64,000 nucleotides of DNA from a virus (lineage: Duplodnaviria; Caudoviricetes): IMG/VR virus record IMGVR_UViG_2974671799_000001, positions 170,671 through 234,670 of that record; one strand, written 5' to 3'. Below, one piece after another: positions 42,200 through 52,500 of the stretch (the stretch's first letter is position 1; each line of letters starts with the position of its first letter). The position numbers were made by a program, and so were the translations under genes. The notes below the pieces were generated by a model. The model made no database searches. It worked only from the letters and a program-made list of their open reading frames with translations, and was not told where the DNA came from.

Positions 42200-42550
42200 A
42201 TGGAAAATTCAAACACATTAAACGTAAATTCAAGACCAAAGATGATAAGAAATATTTTAGTATTAATTTTCATGATGGTTGCAACATTAACATTTGGTCA
42301 AACTAAAGTTATACCAAACGTTAATTCTGATTATGTTTCAGTAAAAGTTAAAGGTGATTCTTTAGTTGTAAAATCTGATTTCAAAATCAATAAGATTTTC
42401 ATTTCAAAAGGTGTTTCAACTACAAGAAAGGAGTTTTATAATCTTGATAGCTTAAAGTTATCGACAAAAGATTTGTTTAATGGTAGAAATATTTTTATGA
42501 TTTCTACGAATAGAAAAATTGTTGTAATATCAGTAGAGAATGGGAAATAA
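42200..42550 (+). CDS. Small secreted protein, possibly T9SS C-terminal-domain-like
   Basis: Signal peptide ending TFG-Q followed by a beta-rich domain. Confidence 0.45.
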   Translation: MENSNTLNVNSRPKMIRNILVLIFMMVATLTFGQTKVIPNVNSDYVSVKVKGDSLVVKSDFKINKIFISKGVSTTRKEFYNLDSLKLSTKDLFNGRNIFMISTNRKIVVISVENGK

Positions 42551-43040
42551 AAACGAATTAATAGAAATTAGTATTTCAAGAGGTGTTTTAGAGTATTTAA
42601 TATTAAATTCATTTCCAAAATATCACTTACTAAAAGATGATGAAGACCTGAAAGAATTAGGGGATTATAAAAAATCTTCTGATGGTGGAAATACTGGTGA
42701 TGGTTATAATTTCATTTGGAATTTTTCAAGATTGCAAGATTTAGAATTAGTAAAACTTAAAGAAATTTATGAAAAGATTCAAGACTATCACTATAATTAT
42801 CGAGTTATAGTTGAGCGTGTTGATTCATCTAATAACATGGTTTCAATTCGTGATTTCTATGGTAATGGTTTAGAAGGTAATACACATGATTTTTATAATG
42901 GTGTTTCATCTATTTATAAGGATTTTATTGAATTTAATAATACTGTTGAATTTAAGAGAGCTTTAGTTGATTACTGGTTGAAGCAAAACAAGAAAATGAA
43001 GTTTAAATTTATAAAAGAAAATTATAATTATGAATTATAA
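42540..43040 (+). CDS. Hypothetical protein
   Basis: Translationally coupled ORF. Confidence 0.75.
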   Translation: MGNKNELIEISISRGVLEYLILNSFPKYHLLKDDEDLKELGDYKKSSDGGNTGDGYNFIWNFSRLQDLELVKLKEIYEKIQDYHYNYRVIVERVDSSNNMVSIRDFYGNGLEGNTHDFYNGVSSIYKDFIEFNNTVEFKRALVDYWLKQNKKMKFKFIKENYNYEL

Positions 43041-43761
43041 AATTAATAAAGAACACGCGGATTTGTTATTGAAAAATACAGAATCTAAATTACTTTTTGG
43101 CTCTCGTTTATTAGGAACAAACACAGATACATCGGATTATGATTATATCTGTTTATATGACTTTAAAAAGGTTTTTGGATTCCATGAAGATGAAGTTTTC
43201 ATAGGATTACCTAATATACACAGTCTTCAATTTGATGATACCGAAAATAACACACAATATGTGTTTATGACTAAGTTACAATACATCAAATGTATTACAT
43301 CAGGTGATGGAACTATGGCTGTAGATACAATGATTTTCGACCCCGAAAAGGATGTTAGAGAAGACCCTAATAATGAAATTTTAAACTTGGTTCGTACATC
43401 AAAAGTCATAAAAGCATATTTAGGAGTAGCTAAAAGAGATTTGAAACTACACCCTCATAATCCAAAGAAAAGATTTCATGCAATGCGTTCACTTTATATT
43501 GCTAACTCTTTGATGGATGGCGAATTACCAAAGAAAAGTGAAATTCAAAAGTTTGATGGTTCAAAAAAGCCCGAATATTATAAATATTTAACTAATGTTT
43601 ATAGAGAACGGTTTATAAAAATGGTTGAAAATCAAGAGCTTAAAATGTATTATCTACCATCTATTGAAGAAATAGTAAATGATATTGGGTTGGATGAATT
43701 GCGTTCTAGCTTATTAGGTCAAATACTTATTTTAAATAACATTAGGGAGTTTAGATATTAA
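43030..43761 (+). CDS. Pol-beta-superfamily nucleotidyltransferase
   Basis: FGSRLLGTNTDTSDYD (GS...DxD) and a C-terminal HAMR helical region. Confidence 0.8.
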   Translation: MNYKINKEHADLLLKNTESKLLFGSRLLGTNTDTSDYDYICLYDFKKVFGFHEDEVFIGLPNIHSLQFDDTENNTQYVFMTKLQYIKCITSGDGTMAVDTMIFDPEKDVREDPNNEILNLVRTSKVIKAYLGVAKRDLKLHPHNPKKRFHAMRSLYIANSLMDGELPKKSEIQKFDGSKKPEYYKYLTNVYRERFIKMVENQELKMYYLPSIEEIVNDIGLDELRSSLLGQILILNNIREFRY

Positions 43762-43830
43762 AAAAAGTGAGATTTCTTTTTGAAGTCTCACTTTTTTGTT
43801 TTAGATTTGTAATAACAAAATAATTTAACA

Positions 43831-44643
43831 ATGGAAAAAAGTAAAAATTCAGTATTAGATAAAATCGAAAAGCTATTATCATTAGCTAATAATGAGGGAG
43901 CAAGCCAAGGAGAAATAGAAAATGCTATGAAAATGGCTGAGAAGCTAATGTTAAAACATGACATTGAGGCTGTTGATATAGAGATTGGTTCATTAGAAGT
44001 TAATGAAACTAAGGTTCAATTCGAAGAGGAAAAAGGATTTTACCCAAAGTGGCGTTATGAATTACTTAAAGAATTAGCATTAGCTAATATGTGTGAGCAT
44101 TTCTATAGTGATAAAAGAACTGCTGTTAATGTTATGACAGGTATGGGATGGAAATATGTTGTTCGTAAAACTGGTGAGTATTCTGTTACAATTATTGGTA
44201 GAAAAGACCGTAGAAAGACAGTATTTAAAATGTATGATTTATGTTCTAAGATGTTGCCTGAATTGGCGAAACAACGTTGGAAAGAATATCGTACACAAAA
44301 AGTTAAAAGTGCTAAAGAAATGGGAATCGATGCTACAGTTTCATTTTTGGTTAAGCATGATTTGATGTTTGATAGAAGAGTATTTTTTAATTCTTATTTG
44401 AAAGGTGCTTTTAAAGGTATTGTTGAGAAAATAGAATCTAATCTTGATGAATTATCACCTGCTGAAAAAGATAAATATCAGTTAGTTGTTGCAAAGAATG
44501 ACTTAGTTGTTCGAAATTATTTAACTGAAAAATATCCTAGTGTTAAATCTGTTAATAGAAGAAAAGGTAATATTAGTGCAGAGGCTTATAGAATGGGTGA
44601 ATCTGATGCTAAAAATATTGGAGAGAAACAATTAAATGCATAA
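43831..44643 (+). CDS. DUF2786-domain protein
   Basis: LDKIEKLLSLA...GEIENAMKMAEKLMLKHDI; C-terminal AY..G. Confidence 0.8.
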   Translation: MEKSKNSVLDKIEKLLSLANNEGASQGEIENAMKMAEKLMLKHDIEAVDIEIGSLEVNETKVQFEEEKGFYPKWRYELLKELALANMCEHFYSDKRTAVNVMTGMGWKYVVRKTGEYSVTIIGRKDRRKTVFKMYDLCSKMLPELAKQRWKEYRTQKVKSAKEMGIDATVSFLVKHDLMFDRRVFFNSYLKGAFKGIVEKIESNLDELSPAEKDKYQLVVAKNDLVVRNYLTEKYPSVKSVNRRKGNISAEAYRMGESDAKNIGEKQLNA

Positions 44644-45139
44644 AAATATGGGTATTGTTTTTAAAAGTAAAGTTATTTCAGGTACTGGTCACAGATTAGA
44701 CCCGTACAAAAAACCATATGATAAAAGAAAAGCTATAGATGTTACAAAGTCGGTTTTAGAGGAATTGAAACCGACTAAAGTTATTTCGGGTATGGCTTTA
44801 GGATTTGATACACATTTGGCTTTGGCGAGTTTGGAACTTGGTATTCCATTAGAATGTGCAATGCCTTATAAGGATTTTGGTACTCGTTGGAGTTCTAATC
44901 ACCAAAAAATTAGAGATTATATTTTAGGTGAATCCATGAAAGTTACAATTGTAAGTGATGGATTATATCATATTTCTAAATTACAAATAAGAAATGAATA
45001 CTTGGTAAATAATTGTAATACACTTTTAGCTTTCTTTAATGGAACTAATGGTGGAACAAAGAATTGTATTGAGTATGCAAAGAAAGTAGATAAAGAAATT
45101 ATTAACATTTTTGAAAAATATGAATCATGGAAATATTAA
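44636..45139 (+). CDS. YspA/SLOG-family protein
   Basis: TGHR, ISGMALGFD, RNEYLV, GGTKNCIEYA. Confidence 0.85.
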   Translation: MHKNMGIVFKSKVISGTGHRLDPYKKPYDKRKAIDVTKSVLEELKPTKVISGMALGFDTHLALASLELGIPLECAMPYKDFGTRWSSNHQKIRDYILGESMKVTIVSDGLYHISKLQIRNEYLVNNCNTLLAFFNGTNGGTKNCIEYAKKVDKEIINIFEKYESWKY

Positions 45140-45544
45140 CAGCTTTAATAGAATTTTTTGTTGAATTGGGTGTGGCAATGTCATTTAATAAAGATAAAGA
45201 TGGAAAATTTGGATGTTTAATTCTTTTTGTAATTTTTATCGTATTAATTGTTGGTTTATGTATTTTTATTTAATACATTTGTACTTATGAAACATTATTT
45301 AGCACACACGGATTTATATGATAAGATGCAAGACATGGAATCATTGAAAACAACAATTGATAATTACTTGGTAGCATTGGTTACTATTAACGATAAGTTA
45401 AACGGAAATCAACCTTTGGGTGTTTTTGATAGAGTTAATGAACTTAAACATGAGAAGGTGATATCAGAAAAAGTTGTAACTAGATTAAAACAAAGATATA
45501 ATAGAATTTTAAAATCAATTAATTTTTATGGCGCGACCATCTAA
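45127..45544 (+). CDS. Small membrane protein (45127-45273) and hypothetical protein (45287-45544)
   Basis: The 48-aa hydrophobic ORF was read by hand; the second ATG lies 5 nt after TACATTTG. Confidence 0.6.
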
Positions 45545-46898
45545 AATGACTATCTCGGATTTTTTCGAGAAGGAGTATGCAACAAAGTATGTGAAATATA
45601 CTTATGAGGAAAGAGCAATACCGTCTTTAATAGACGGACTTAAACCATCTTATAGAAAATCACTTTATTCAGCACTAACATTTATGAAGAAAGGTAAAAC
45701 AGTTAGTGGTTTAGAAATCGTTGGTGAGACTTATAAAAAGTCAGCTTATCATCACGGTAATAGTTCTATTGAAGATGTAATTATTAATCAAGGAGCATCT
45801 TATAAAGATAACACAGCACCATTCATCATTAGTGGTTCGGGTGGTGATTTAAGAAACCAAAACGCATCAGCTATTCGTTATCTTAAATTCATGTTATCCG
45901 ACTTTTCATCTTTATATAATGTTGATTTAGATATACTTGAACATAACTATGATGGTGAAAATAAGATTGAACCGACTTTCTTTTTACCTATTGTTCCTTT
46001 AGTATTAACAGCAAAGTCTAAGGGCGCGGCGGTTGGATTTGCATTCTCAAATGGTATTCAATATAGTTTGGAATCTATTACAGAGGCATCATTAGTTGCA
46101 TTGGAAAACTTAGGTAGAAAGAAACAAGTTGAATTAACTCAATTAACACCGTTTGTAGATGGTTACGATAATGGTTATGAGTATGTTGGTGAGGATAAAT
46201 GGAAAACTACTTCAAAATATACCATTAAGGGTAATAAAGTTATTATTGAAGGATTACCAGTTGCAGAGACATTTGATTCATTTGAAAAGAATTTATCTAC
46301 ACTTATTGATAAGGAGAAGATTGTAAATTTTGTAAATGAGACTTCTGATAAGTGTATAAAGTATATTGTAACGTTCAATAGAACTAACTTACAGAAGCTT
46401 ATTAAAAATAGTAATGAGCCTTTAGAGAAGTTATTGAGATTAACAAGTATTTCACATAAGAATGTTTATGTTTTCTTGGATGAAAATAAGGATATTATTG
46501 AATCTTTGAATACACCAAATAAGGTTATCGAGTACTTTGTTAGATATCGTTTAAGTCGATATAATGACCGAAAGAAATTGATGATTAAAAATATAACGGA
46601 ACAAATCGATATCAAAACTGATATTTCTAGGTTTATTAAGGCTGTTGTTGATGGTAAATTAGAGTTAAGAAATAGACCTATAAAAGAGATTAAAGCATAC
46701 TTAACAAAAGAAAATATTAAGCATCATGTTTTGGATGTTAAGGTCACAAAGATAACTAAAGAAGAGTACTTGAAGTTATTGAAAGAAATTGATTCAATGG
46801 AAAATGAGCGCGAGAAGATTCGCAAAACAAAAATTGAATCGATGTATAAAACGGATTTAAAAGAATTATTAACCCATTTAAAAACTAAGAAAAAATGA
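45528..46898 (+). CDS. Type IIA DNA topoisomerase breakage-reunion subunit (T4 gp52-like)
   Basis: RAIPSLIDGLKP..RK, YHHGNSS, catalytic SAIRY, EP..FLP.VP. Confidence 0.95.
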   Translation: MARPSKMTISDFFEKEYATKYVKYTYEERAIPSLIDGLKPSYRKSLYSALTFMKKGKTVSGLEIVGETYKKSAYHHGNSSIEDVIINQGASYKDNTAPFIISGSGGDLRNQNASAIRYLKFMLSDFSSLYNVDLDILEHNYDGENKIEPTFFLPIVPLVLTAKSKGAAVGFAFSNGIQYSLESITEASLVALENLGRKKQVELTQLTPFVDGYDNGYEYVGEDKWKTTSKYTIKGNKVIIEGLPVAETFDSFEKNLSTLIDKEKIVNFVNETSDKCIKYIVTFNRTNLQKLIKNSNEPLEKLLRLTSISHKNVYVFLDENKDIIESLNTPNKVIEYFVRYRLSRYNDRKKLMIKNITEQIDIKTDISRFIKAVVDGKLELRNRPIKEIKAYLTKENIKHHVLDVKVTKITKEEYLKLLKEIDSMENEREKIRKTKIESMYKTDLKELLTHLKTKKK

Positions 46899-47821
46899 TG
46901 AACTTTATTTACGGTGTTTTAACAACACTATATTTCGTATTTAATACTTATGCAATGTTTGAAGAAGCAAAACATAATAGCATGAATGAAAAATCAAAAT
47001 TTAAAAGATACCTAAGATTAACCTATGTTTTCTTTTTTGCCTCGTTAGAATTGATGTTTTACATTTTAACACATTTATTAAAGTTTGTATTACCTTTAGA
47101 TTTTATTAAAATGTCATTTTTAAAGACCTTTTGGAAATCTAAGTATAAAAAGATGTATGAAAGTGAAATTATGAGAGATTATATATCTAGAATGGCTGAA
47201 AGGGCGAGAAAAGAGAAACCTTGGTATTATATTCCTCGATATAATTGGATTTTGGGTGATAAGTTATTAAAAGGTGAGCGTATTTTATTTGCAAAGATTA
47301 AGTACTATTTGGATTGTGCTTCTGATATAAGTGATTGGGAATCATATGCTAGATTTTTCTATAGTTTCAATACATATTTAATATTATTGTTGATAAATCA
47401 TTACACGTTAAATCTTGAAGTATATTTTATTTTAATCATTTATATACCAATAGGTATTTTATATAATATTTTGTATAGTAAACAAAAGTATAGGGAAATT
47501 TTAGATAAATATGCTTTAGATGGCATTTTTAGAGTAGCTGTTTCTAGGTATATAAGATACATCTACTATTGGATTGTTATAATTACTGTATTATTACTAT
47601 CTTTCATAATTTTTGATGTAAATACAACATACAACTATAGTAAATTACTAAATGATAATGATTTTCTTACAAACACTATCATAATTATTATAAATTCATT
47701 TCCTTTGGTTTTTGAAATTATAAGACAATCTAGAAGAAAATCAAAAGGTTTAAGTTTCCGATTTTTACCATTATTAGTAATGTTGTTTTATACTTTCATA
47801 TTCACATTAGCAACAATTTAA
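46895..47821 (+). CDS. Multi-pass membrane protein
   Basis: Several hydrophobic segments. Confidence 0.7.
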   Translation: MMNFIYGVLTTLYFVFNTYAMFEEAKHNSMNEKSKFKRYLRLTYVFFFASLELMFYILTHLLKFVLPLDFIKMSFLKTFWKSKYKKMYESEIMRDYISRMAERARKEKPWYYIPRYNWILGDKLLKGERILFAKIKYYLDCASDISDWESYARFFYSFNTYLILLLINHYTLNLEVYFILIIYIPIGILYNILYSKQKYREILDKYALDGIFRVAVSRYIRYIYYWIVIITVLLLSFIIFDVNTTYNYSKLLNDNDFLTNTIIIIINSFPLVFEIIRQSRRKSKGLSFRFLPLLVMLFYTFIFTLATI

Positions 47822-47903
47822 AATAAAAATCCTGTATTTCTACAGGATTTTTATTTTTTTATATCATATTTAATCACTATATTTGCTAAAAATATTTTTA
47901 ATT

Positions 47904-48983
47904 ATGAATAAAAACGAGGAATCTAAACAAAATATATGTCACCTAGAGTCGTTACAGAAAGCACATGAACCTGTAATTATAGGAAATGCAGAATCGGGTG
48001 TGGCATCTTTAAAACATTTAGCTTGTCATGAAATGGGAAGTCCTTTATTACCATCAATGCCATCTATGAGTGTGGAAGACCCCGAACGAGGTCTTAATAT
48101 TATAAGTGATGATGTCGAAACATATTCAGAAACTATTGAACGCTTTGGTAAAACATTTAAAATAACAGCAAATTCTATTGAAGAATTAAAGCAAGATGTT
48201 TCAAATTTTTATGAGAGTCAAGAATCTTATTATGGGTGTCGCTCAATGAGTGCTAAGGGTCATACTACGAGTCATAAGAATATGTTAAAGATTCGTAAAA
48301 GTAAGAACCGAAAAAGAAGAAAGAACCGTAAAACACACAGATAATATTAAAATATGAAAATGAAAGAAACTAATAATATCGAATTAATTAAGAACCTCAT
48401 CGGGTTCATTCATGGTGATGATGATGTTATTTACCATACAGAGATTGTAAAACGTAGGAAAGACCATCCAAATTTGAGTATGAAAAAGGATTCTGTTTCG
48501 TTAGGTCATTACTATATTAAATCTCTTGACCAATATGAAAGAGTGACTGAGGAAATCAAAAACATTTGTGATGTAACTGGTGCTAGAGCTTACATAAATC
48601 TAAATGCTAAATCTATTGAATCTATTGGACGTTTTTTCTCAAAGGAAGTTGCTGAACTATCTTCTACAGATTCTTATAAGAAAATGATGTCTATTTATCC
48701 ATCATGTGTTGGTAAACAAACAGTTAAGAAAGGTTACAATAAGATGTGGTTAATTGATTGTGATGGTATTAACGTTATTCAAGATAGAGAGCTTGTTAAT
48801 CATTTAATTACTTTAAGACCAATTGGAGAAGATAAGGTAATTGAGTATATCCCAACACCTAATGGTTATCATTTGATTACTAAACCATTTGATTTAGGTC
48901 GTTTTGATATTGACTTTTTAAAGATGGATGATGTTAAGAAAAATTCACCAACTTTACTTTATTCACCAATCTTAAAAAAATAA
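47904..48983 (+). CDS. Two hypothetical proteins (47904-48344, 48354-48983)
   Basis: The second has RRKD, RAYI, LIDCD and TPNGYHLI motifs. Confidence 0.7.
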
Positions 48984-49061
48984 ATTAAAAATATCTTTGT
49001 TATTTAGATAAAATTATTTATCTTTGGCTATAAAGGGATTTATTAACTAAAAATTAGAAAA

Positions 49062-49547
49062 ATGAAGAAAATCTTATTAATTTTGCTAGTCATGTTTTCG
49101 TTAAACACTAGCGCACAGTACATTACAAACACAGATTATAGCCATATAGTTAGTGTTTTCAGAGATACAAACGGTTCATTCGGTCTTGCATTGACACAAG
49201 ATTATGAAAAGTTTTACATGGGGTTAGAGGTTGAAAATTTATATAACCCTAATTATTTCATGATGTTCAACTTTTTATGTAGTGCAGGATATAATGTTAG
49301 GGGCAATGATTGGGTTTTACGTTTTGGTGGTCGTTTAGGTTTCGCAAATGTGAATTATAAAGCAAGAAGACCTGCTATTGGTGGTGAGGTTTCATTAGAG
49401 CAATATATTGATAAGTCTAATAGTATTTACTTGGGTGTTAAAGTAACATCCGACTATTATATTAACTATCACAATTTAGAAACGAACGAACTTGAAAATG
49501 GATTTATTAGTAAATTATTTTTCAGAGTAGGGTATAAAATTAATTAA
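49062..49547 (+). CDS. Putative outer-membrane beta-barrel protein
   Basis: Signal peptide (TSA-Q), alternating Gly/aromatic beta strands and C-terminal FRVGYKIN. Confidence 0.6.
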   Translation: MKKILLILLVMFSLNTSAQYITNTDYSHIVSVFRDTNGSFGLALTQDYEKFYMGLEVENLYNPNYFMMFNFLCSAGYNVRGNDWVLRFGGRLGFANVNYKARRPAIGGEVSLEQYIDKSNSIYLGVKVTSDYYINYHNLETNELENGFISKLFFRVGYKIN

Positions 49548-49557
49548 ATACAAATAT

Positions 49558-52500
49558 ATGAATAAAGTTTTAAATGTCTCAGAGGAAGACAAAAGAGGTA
49601 TCAGAAAGGCAATAAAAAAGTCTTTTGGAAAAGTAAAGATTTCTTATTTCGTTAGAAGAACAAAAAGAAATATCACAGTTGATAATCAACCATACACACT
49701 AAGAACAATTTTACAAAATTGGGAAACATTTAGTAAATCATTGAAAAATAATGATTTGGGTGCATTTTCTGTTCCTGATGAGCATTATAAATTGATGGCT
49801 TATGAAATGGGTATTGGTGCTGATAGAAACTTTATTCTATACTTTGATGATATGCCATTCGTTAATATCGTTTCACAATCTAAATCAGAAGAGGTTTCTA
49901 AAAAGATTGAGGAAGTTGGTATGATGGAAGCATTAGAAGAAGGTTCAGCCGATGTCAAAGAATAAATTTATATTACAATTCCGTGATAAAAACTGGTCGC
50001 ACAGGAACATCACGGAATTGTCTTTTCCAAAAACACATGATTTCATACGTAGGAATTGGAATAATATTGTACGTATGCATAATGAAAGTTTAGAAAAGCA
50101 AAAAGGAAAGCTTTTTAAGAAGCCTATGGAGTTAACTATTTCTGATGTTGATTTGGCATTGGGAATATCGGAAGAATTGGGAATCGATTTAACAAAGGAT
50201 AAAATTGATTTTTTACATAAAGGAGCAAATTTATTTAGTTTAGAGTATGAAAATAATGACACCACGGAAACAGATGAGGAATCTGAAAAGGATGGTAAAT
50301 CGTCCTGAGAATAGGTTTATTAAACAAATTGTTGAAGATTATTATAAAAGCTTCATTGATGAATTTAATACACTTGAAAATCAAAATAAAATAACATCAC
50401 CAAGAGACTATGTTATAAAACAAAGTAGTATAACAATAAATCACTTATCGTTTGTGTGTTATATTGAACAAACCGATATGATTATTAAAAGTTTATCTTA
50501 TAAAATAACATTAGAACTTGCTAAACTAGGTTGGAATGTTAATAATGTTGATGTTAGTTTTAGGAGTAGTGTGATAATTGATGATAATGTAACTGTAAAT
50601 TCTGTTAGAATTATTACTGAAATGAATATGATACCATTATCATTATGTGGTAGGTTAAGAATTAAATTATTTGGATTATGATAAGTTTAAGCGATTTAGT
50701 AACATATAACCTTGAACATAAGGAAAAAATGAAATTGTATTGTAGGCAATTCATTGAGACACATTCTAAAGGGTTAACAAAGGCTATCAAAGAACATTGG
50801 AAAAATGAAGATAATCATTATAATATTGGTTATGACTTTTTCCAAGTAGAATCTACAGTAGAATATAAGTACTCTAAGTATGAACTTTTCAAGAAAAGAA
50901 AGAAACTTTTCGAAGATGAAACGTATAAATCTTATCTAAAAAGTGAAATGAGAAAATATTTAGAAAAAAGAGGATGGGAATTTCAGTTTGTAAGTTGCTC
51001 AACTACAAGCACTTTGAAATGTGAAAAGACATATTTTTATATAACAATGAAAATTTCTTTGAAGAAAAAGTCATAAAAATTTTGTTATGACTTTTTCTTT
51101 TCATATATTTGTATAGAATTAAAAAATATAAAAATGTATAAATTAACAGAAACTTTAAAAGAACAATGTGAAATCGTAGTTAAATACGGTACTAAAAAAC
51201 TTGAAACAGGATTCAAAGGCAAGTCAGTTAAATCTGATGATTTTTTATCAAACATTTTCATGGAGCTAGAAAGCTTAAATGTTAATAGAACTAACAACAA
51301 AATTGCTAATTATATCAAATGGTTCATTAAATATGATGGTTCTTGGGATTGTGTAAAAGAATATTTACAATCTGAAAAGGAACGTATGAACAAAGATAAG
51401 TTCACAAGATTTGAACACTATTATAGTGAAGACTTATTCTTAGTTATGGATGTGTTTAAAAAGATGGAAGTTGATTTGTATGATTTCCATACATATTTAG
51501 AAAATATGTCTATTTTAAATGATTTGAGTCCTGAAAATTTAAAGTATTGTATCGATAATGAATTTCTTGATATTTGGAACATATTCGATACTAATTTCAG
51601 AGGAACAATTTTAACTCATTATACGGGAGAATCTGATGAACAATTGATTTTTAAAACTTCTAAAAAAGATTGTGAAGAATTTTCATACTATGTTCCTAGA
51701 GTTAGAAAAATAGACCATTACTGTTTTGATTCTTTTGAAAGTGCAATGACATCGGCTATATTCGGTGGTAGATTTGAAGATACTTTAGGTGTATTATTAA
51801 ATCAAGTTAAAAACGAAAATCAATAATATTATGCAAGGAAATGTCGAAATCAAAGATTATGAATATGATAAACACTTAATTCTAGTAGGTCTTCAAATGG
51901 TAGGTTTACGAGTGGATTATCAAACAGCAGACCTAATTGATGAGGTTATCACTAAAGTAAAAAGTGGCGAGCTTAAAGATATGGAACAAGCTATTGAACT
52001 GAAAGTCAGACATGAAGAGAAATACAAAAAATATTTCGAATCAAAAGAGTAATTTTTTTTAAAAATAAATGAAAAACCTTTGGTGGAAAGCCAAAGGTTT
52101 TTTATATTTGTATAGATTTAATAACTAAAACAAATAAAATGAATACAGAAGTAACAATCACAGCAAAAGATAAAGCGAGAATGAAATCAGTAAACTATGC
52201 TAGATTAGCAAGAAGAAATAAAGCTATGATTTCTAAAGCTAGAGAAATGGGTTACAAAGGAATTTCAGAAGTTACTAACGAGGAACACAAGGCTATTCTT
52301 AAAGAAGTATTCGAAACAATAAAATAATATAAAACAAAAATAAAAATGCAAAATTTAGTAGGTCAAACAATCGTAGCAAATGTAACATCAAGTAGTTCAT
52401 TTTATAAAAAAGTAGAAGGTGTTGTTATTGAAGATAAAGGTGATAGATTGGAAATACAAGCAACTAGAGTTATTTCTAACTGGTCTAGTGAATGGAAAAA

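Noticed and set aside
3-46898. Introns or inteins in nrdA and the topoisomerase genes
   Set aside because: The ORFs are continuous and of normal length, with no intein splice motifs seen
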